A DNA stretch of 64,000 nt from Coraliomargaritaceae bacterium (GTDB lineage: Bacteria > Verrucomicrobiota > Verrucomicrobiia > Opitutales > Coraliomargaritaceae). The stretch is taken from the NCBI GenBank assembly GCA_965656495.1, contig CBFHKU010000003.1, positions 1 to 64,000 of the forward strand, written 5' to 3'. Every line of letters begins with the position of its first letter. The first letter of the stretch is position 1. Position numbers and translations under genes: made by a program. Under the pieces are notes generated by a model. The model saw nothing but the letters and a program-made list of their open reading frames with translations. It was not told where the DNA came from and did no database searches. This document shows, piece after piece, positions 61,573 through 64,000 of this stretch.

Positions 61573-61948
61573 TCTCGAAACTGGCAAATGGTTTGCTCAA
61601 GCTGAAGATGACTTCGCTTATGGCTGCGACGGAGTCGCTTCGCATCCGCGTGGAGCCACATGGAATTTTCACCAAGCCGCAGAAAAAGCGATTAAGGCGA
61701 TCCTTATTTCTCAGGAGAAAGATTTTCCACGGACACATGATCTGCCGCGACTATTGACGATACTTCAGTTGGAACCATCGGCCAGCGACACGGTGGCTCA
61801 AGCGGCATTCATTCTTTCCAGTTTTCTGCCGCTCACTCGTTATCCGGGCGATTGGCCCGAAATCAATGAAGCTAGGGCCAAAGAGGCCAAAGAAGCTTCG
61901 AAGATTATTCTGAGTTGGGCACGCAAACACTTTCAGCAGAAATTGTAA
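61565..61948 (+). CDS. HEPN-domain protein
   Basis: W..QAEDD, FHQAAEKAIKA, RTHDL, TRYP; overlaps the MNT stop. Confidence 0.9.
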   Translation: MDNLETGKWFAQAEDDFAYGCDGVASHPRGATWNFHQAAEKAIKAILISQEKDFPRTHDLPRLLTILQLEPSASDTVAQAAFILSSFLPLTRYPGDWPEINEARAKEAKEASKIILSWARKHFQQKL

Positions 61949-61977
61949 GATTTACGAAGCGATCTCTTTTACTTACT

Positions 61978-62115
61978 AGTTCGAGTTATTAGTTCGAGTT
62001 GATAGTTTAAGAGCTCGAACTCCAAACTGAACACTCGAACTAAAGCAATGCGACCACTCGAACACCAGCAACGCTGTAAAAGTGTTCTACTATAACTAAA
62101 AACTCGAACTAAAAT
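61978..62115. repeat. AGTTCGAGT / ACTCGAAC(T) inverted short-repeat cluster
   Basis: Forward copies at 61978 and 61991; reverse copies at ~62033, 62056 and 62102. A partial copy lies at 61049-61100. Confidence 0.8.
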
Positions 62116-62131
62116 TTCGGAGAAATTTTCT

Positions 62132-62992
62132 ATGAAAGGAATCATACTAGCCGGTGGTGCCGGCTCCCGTTTACATCCCATCACGCTGGCAGTCTCCAAG
62201 CAGCTCATGCCAGTTTACGATAAGCCGATGATCTACTATCCGCTATCGGTCTTGATGCTGGCAGGGATCAACGAGATCCTGATCATTACGACTCCCGAGG
62301 ATCAGCCGGCTTTTAAGCGCCTGCTGGGGGATGGCTCCGAGCTCGGCTGCCGTTTTCAATACGCGATCCAGGAGGTGCCTAACGGTTTGGCACAGGCCTT
62401 TGTGATCGGTAAAGACTTTATCGGGGATGATAAGGTCGCCTTGGTCCTCGGGGATAATATTTTTTATGGTTCTGGTTTTGGGGAGCTGGTTCGCCGCCAC
62501 ACCGATCCCGATGGCGCGGTTATCTTTGCCGCCAGCGTCCACGATCCAGAGCGCTACGGCGTGGTGGAGTTCGACGAGCAGGAGAACGCTATCTCCATCG
62601 AGGAAAAGCCTGCGCAGCCAAAATCCAATTACGCCGTTCCGGGGCTCTACTTTTACGATAACGATGTGGTCGAAATCGCTGAAACCATCGAGCCCTCCGC
62701 TCGGGGCGAATACGAGATTACCACCGTCAATCAGGTTTACCTGGAGCGGAAAAAGCTCAAAGTTGGCGTATTCAACCGAGGCATCGCATGGCTGGATACT
62801 GGCACTTTCGCTTCACTCAACGAGGCTTCGACCTTCGTCCGCGTCATCGAACAACGGCAGGACACCAAGATCGGCTGTATCGAGGAAGTTGCCTTTTATT
62901 CAAAGTTCATTGATTGTGAACAATTGTTAAAATTGGCTCAGAAATTAGAGAAGTCCGGCTACGGTGATTATCTCTTAAGAATAGCTAAGTGA
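62132..62992 (+). CDS. rfbA: Glucose-1-phosphate thymidylyltransferase
   Basis: [45 protein letters not shown]. Confidence 0.97.
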   Translation: MKGIILAGGAGSRLHPITLAVSKQLMPVYDKPMIYYPLSVLMLAGINEILIITTPEDQPAFKRLLGDGSELGCRFQYAIQEVPNGLAQAFVIGKDFIGDDKVALVLGDNIFYGSGFGELVRRHTDPDGAVIFAASVHDPERYGVVEFDEQENAISIEEKPAQPKSNYAVPGLYFYDNDVVEIAETIEPSARGEYEITTVNQVYLERKKLKVGVFNRGIAWLDTGTFASLNEASTFVRVIEQRQDTKIGCIEEVAFYSKFIDCEQLLKLAQKLEKSGYGDYLLRIAK

Positions 62993-63002
62993 TCGTCGCA
63001 TC

Positions 63003-63736
63003 ATGCCGCAATCAACCAGTCGAGAGCTTTTCATGCGAAAAGTCTCTGATGCATTAGAGCAATATCCCGCACTTTACTGCTGTGTCATGGTACGTCGCTT
63101 AGGTCCGCAACGCGCCTACAATCGTGTGGTGCATCCTTTGACCGATATCACGATTGAGGGCTTCCCTCGCTGTGCCAATAGTTTTGCCGTGCAGGCTTTT
63201 CGATCCGCGAATGATGTAAACCGACCTCTTAGAATTGCGACACATTTGCACTCTACTGCAAATGTGGTGCAATCCATTCGTTTAAAAATTCCCACTGTGG
63301 TTTTGATCCGCAACCCTGGGGATGCCTTGGTTTCATGGCTTTCTTTAGCGATTCAATTGAATAAAATATCTGAAACTTCGCGCACCGACCAAAATCAACT
63401 TCGCAGGATGACTTATTGGAAAAAATCGCTATGCGTCTTTTTACGAGCGTTTGATGTCCTACCGCCCAGCCATGGTCTGTCTTGATTTTAATGAAGTCGT
63501 TACTGATTTCGGTGCCTGCATCGAGCGTATTAACCAACACTTCAGCACAGAATTTCATTTATTTCGGCATACGGAGACACAAGTGGACGAAATCTTTAAA
63601 CGCTCCAAGGTGCATTTGTCACCATCAGTCGAGCGAGAGCAAATTAAAGAAGAAATTAAAGAATTGTATGCTTCAAAAAACCAATTCGGCCAATCGGGAG
63701 CGTGCCCAGTCCGCCTATAACTTATTTTTGAGCTAA
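63003..63736 (+). pseudogene. Sulfotransferase-like protein with two apparent frameshifts
   Basis: IEGFPRCANSF and LIRNPGDALVS resemble PAPS-binding motifs. The frame changes at A6 runs 63420-63425 and 63675-63680. Confidence 0.6.
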
Positions 63737-63739
63737 TTT

Positions 63740-64000
63740 ATGAGTGCGATACGATATAGGCCGGAAGTCGATGGCCTGCGTGCGGTTGCTGTGATTCCAG
63801 TTGTCCTGTTCCACTTGGGAGCGACATGGATTCCCGGTGGCTTTGTTGGGGTCGATGTCTTCTTCGTGATTTCCGGATTCTTGATTTCCTCGATCATCCT
63901 CAAAGAGCAAGCAGCAGGCACCTTTACGTTCTCAGGGTTCTGGATGCGTCGGGTTCGACGTATCATGCCTGCGATGTTAGCAATGTTGATTGTAACATCG
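63740..64000 (+). CDS. Acyltransferase-3 (OafA/YrhL) O-acetyltransferase, truncated by the window end
   Basis: Hand-translated: MSAIRYRPEVDGLRAVAV..HL..GGFVGVDVFFVISGFLI..FWMRRVRRIMPA. Confidence 0.92.
   Translation, partial: MSAIRYRPEVDGLRAVAVIPVVLFHLGATWIPGGFVGVDVFFVISGFLISSIILKEQAAGTFTFSGFWMRRVRRIMPAMLAMLIVTS

Noticed and set aside
59609..62131. Classical integron with attC sites
   Set aside because: No tyrosine recombinase and no convincing RYYYAAC...GTTRRRY attC at gene ends; the boundaries are rfbA-start copies instead.

Overview
A GC-rich bacterial chromosome segment. The gene content (PEP-CTERM protein, DUF5069-like protein, eukaryote-type HisA, SET protein) suggests Verrucomicrobiota/Opitutia; this is an inference. 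Positions ~1-48 kb are mostly housekeeping genes: mutS, a polyprenyl synthase, rmuC, secA, lnt, a sigma-70 factor, trpE, an SNF2 helicase, aroQ, tcdA, recD2, gpsA, pdhABC, valS and hisA. They are interrupted by two toxin-antitoxin (TA) pairs, a ZnuD-like TonB receptor preceded by a His/Cys-rich RAPP-motif ORF, a deleted IS4 element that appears to carry a PEP-CTERM passenger gene, and a 7 x ~100 bp hairpin-rich tandem array. From ~48 kb to the end is a surface-polysaccharide locus with a JUMPstart/ops-like site. Four TA modules and a four-helix-bundle gene are inserted into it. Several of these inserts are bounded by duplicated pieces of host genes: five copies of the rfbA start junction, a chimeric rfbA::rfbB stub, and a 321-nt duplicated dehydrogenase 3' end. 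Short-period repeats also occur in frame inside rfbB and the dehydrogenase. I recognised no rRNA, tRNA or CRISPR array. Family assignments come from motif recognition, not database searches. Several frameshifts lie in A-runs and may be sequencing errors.
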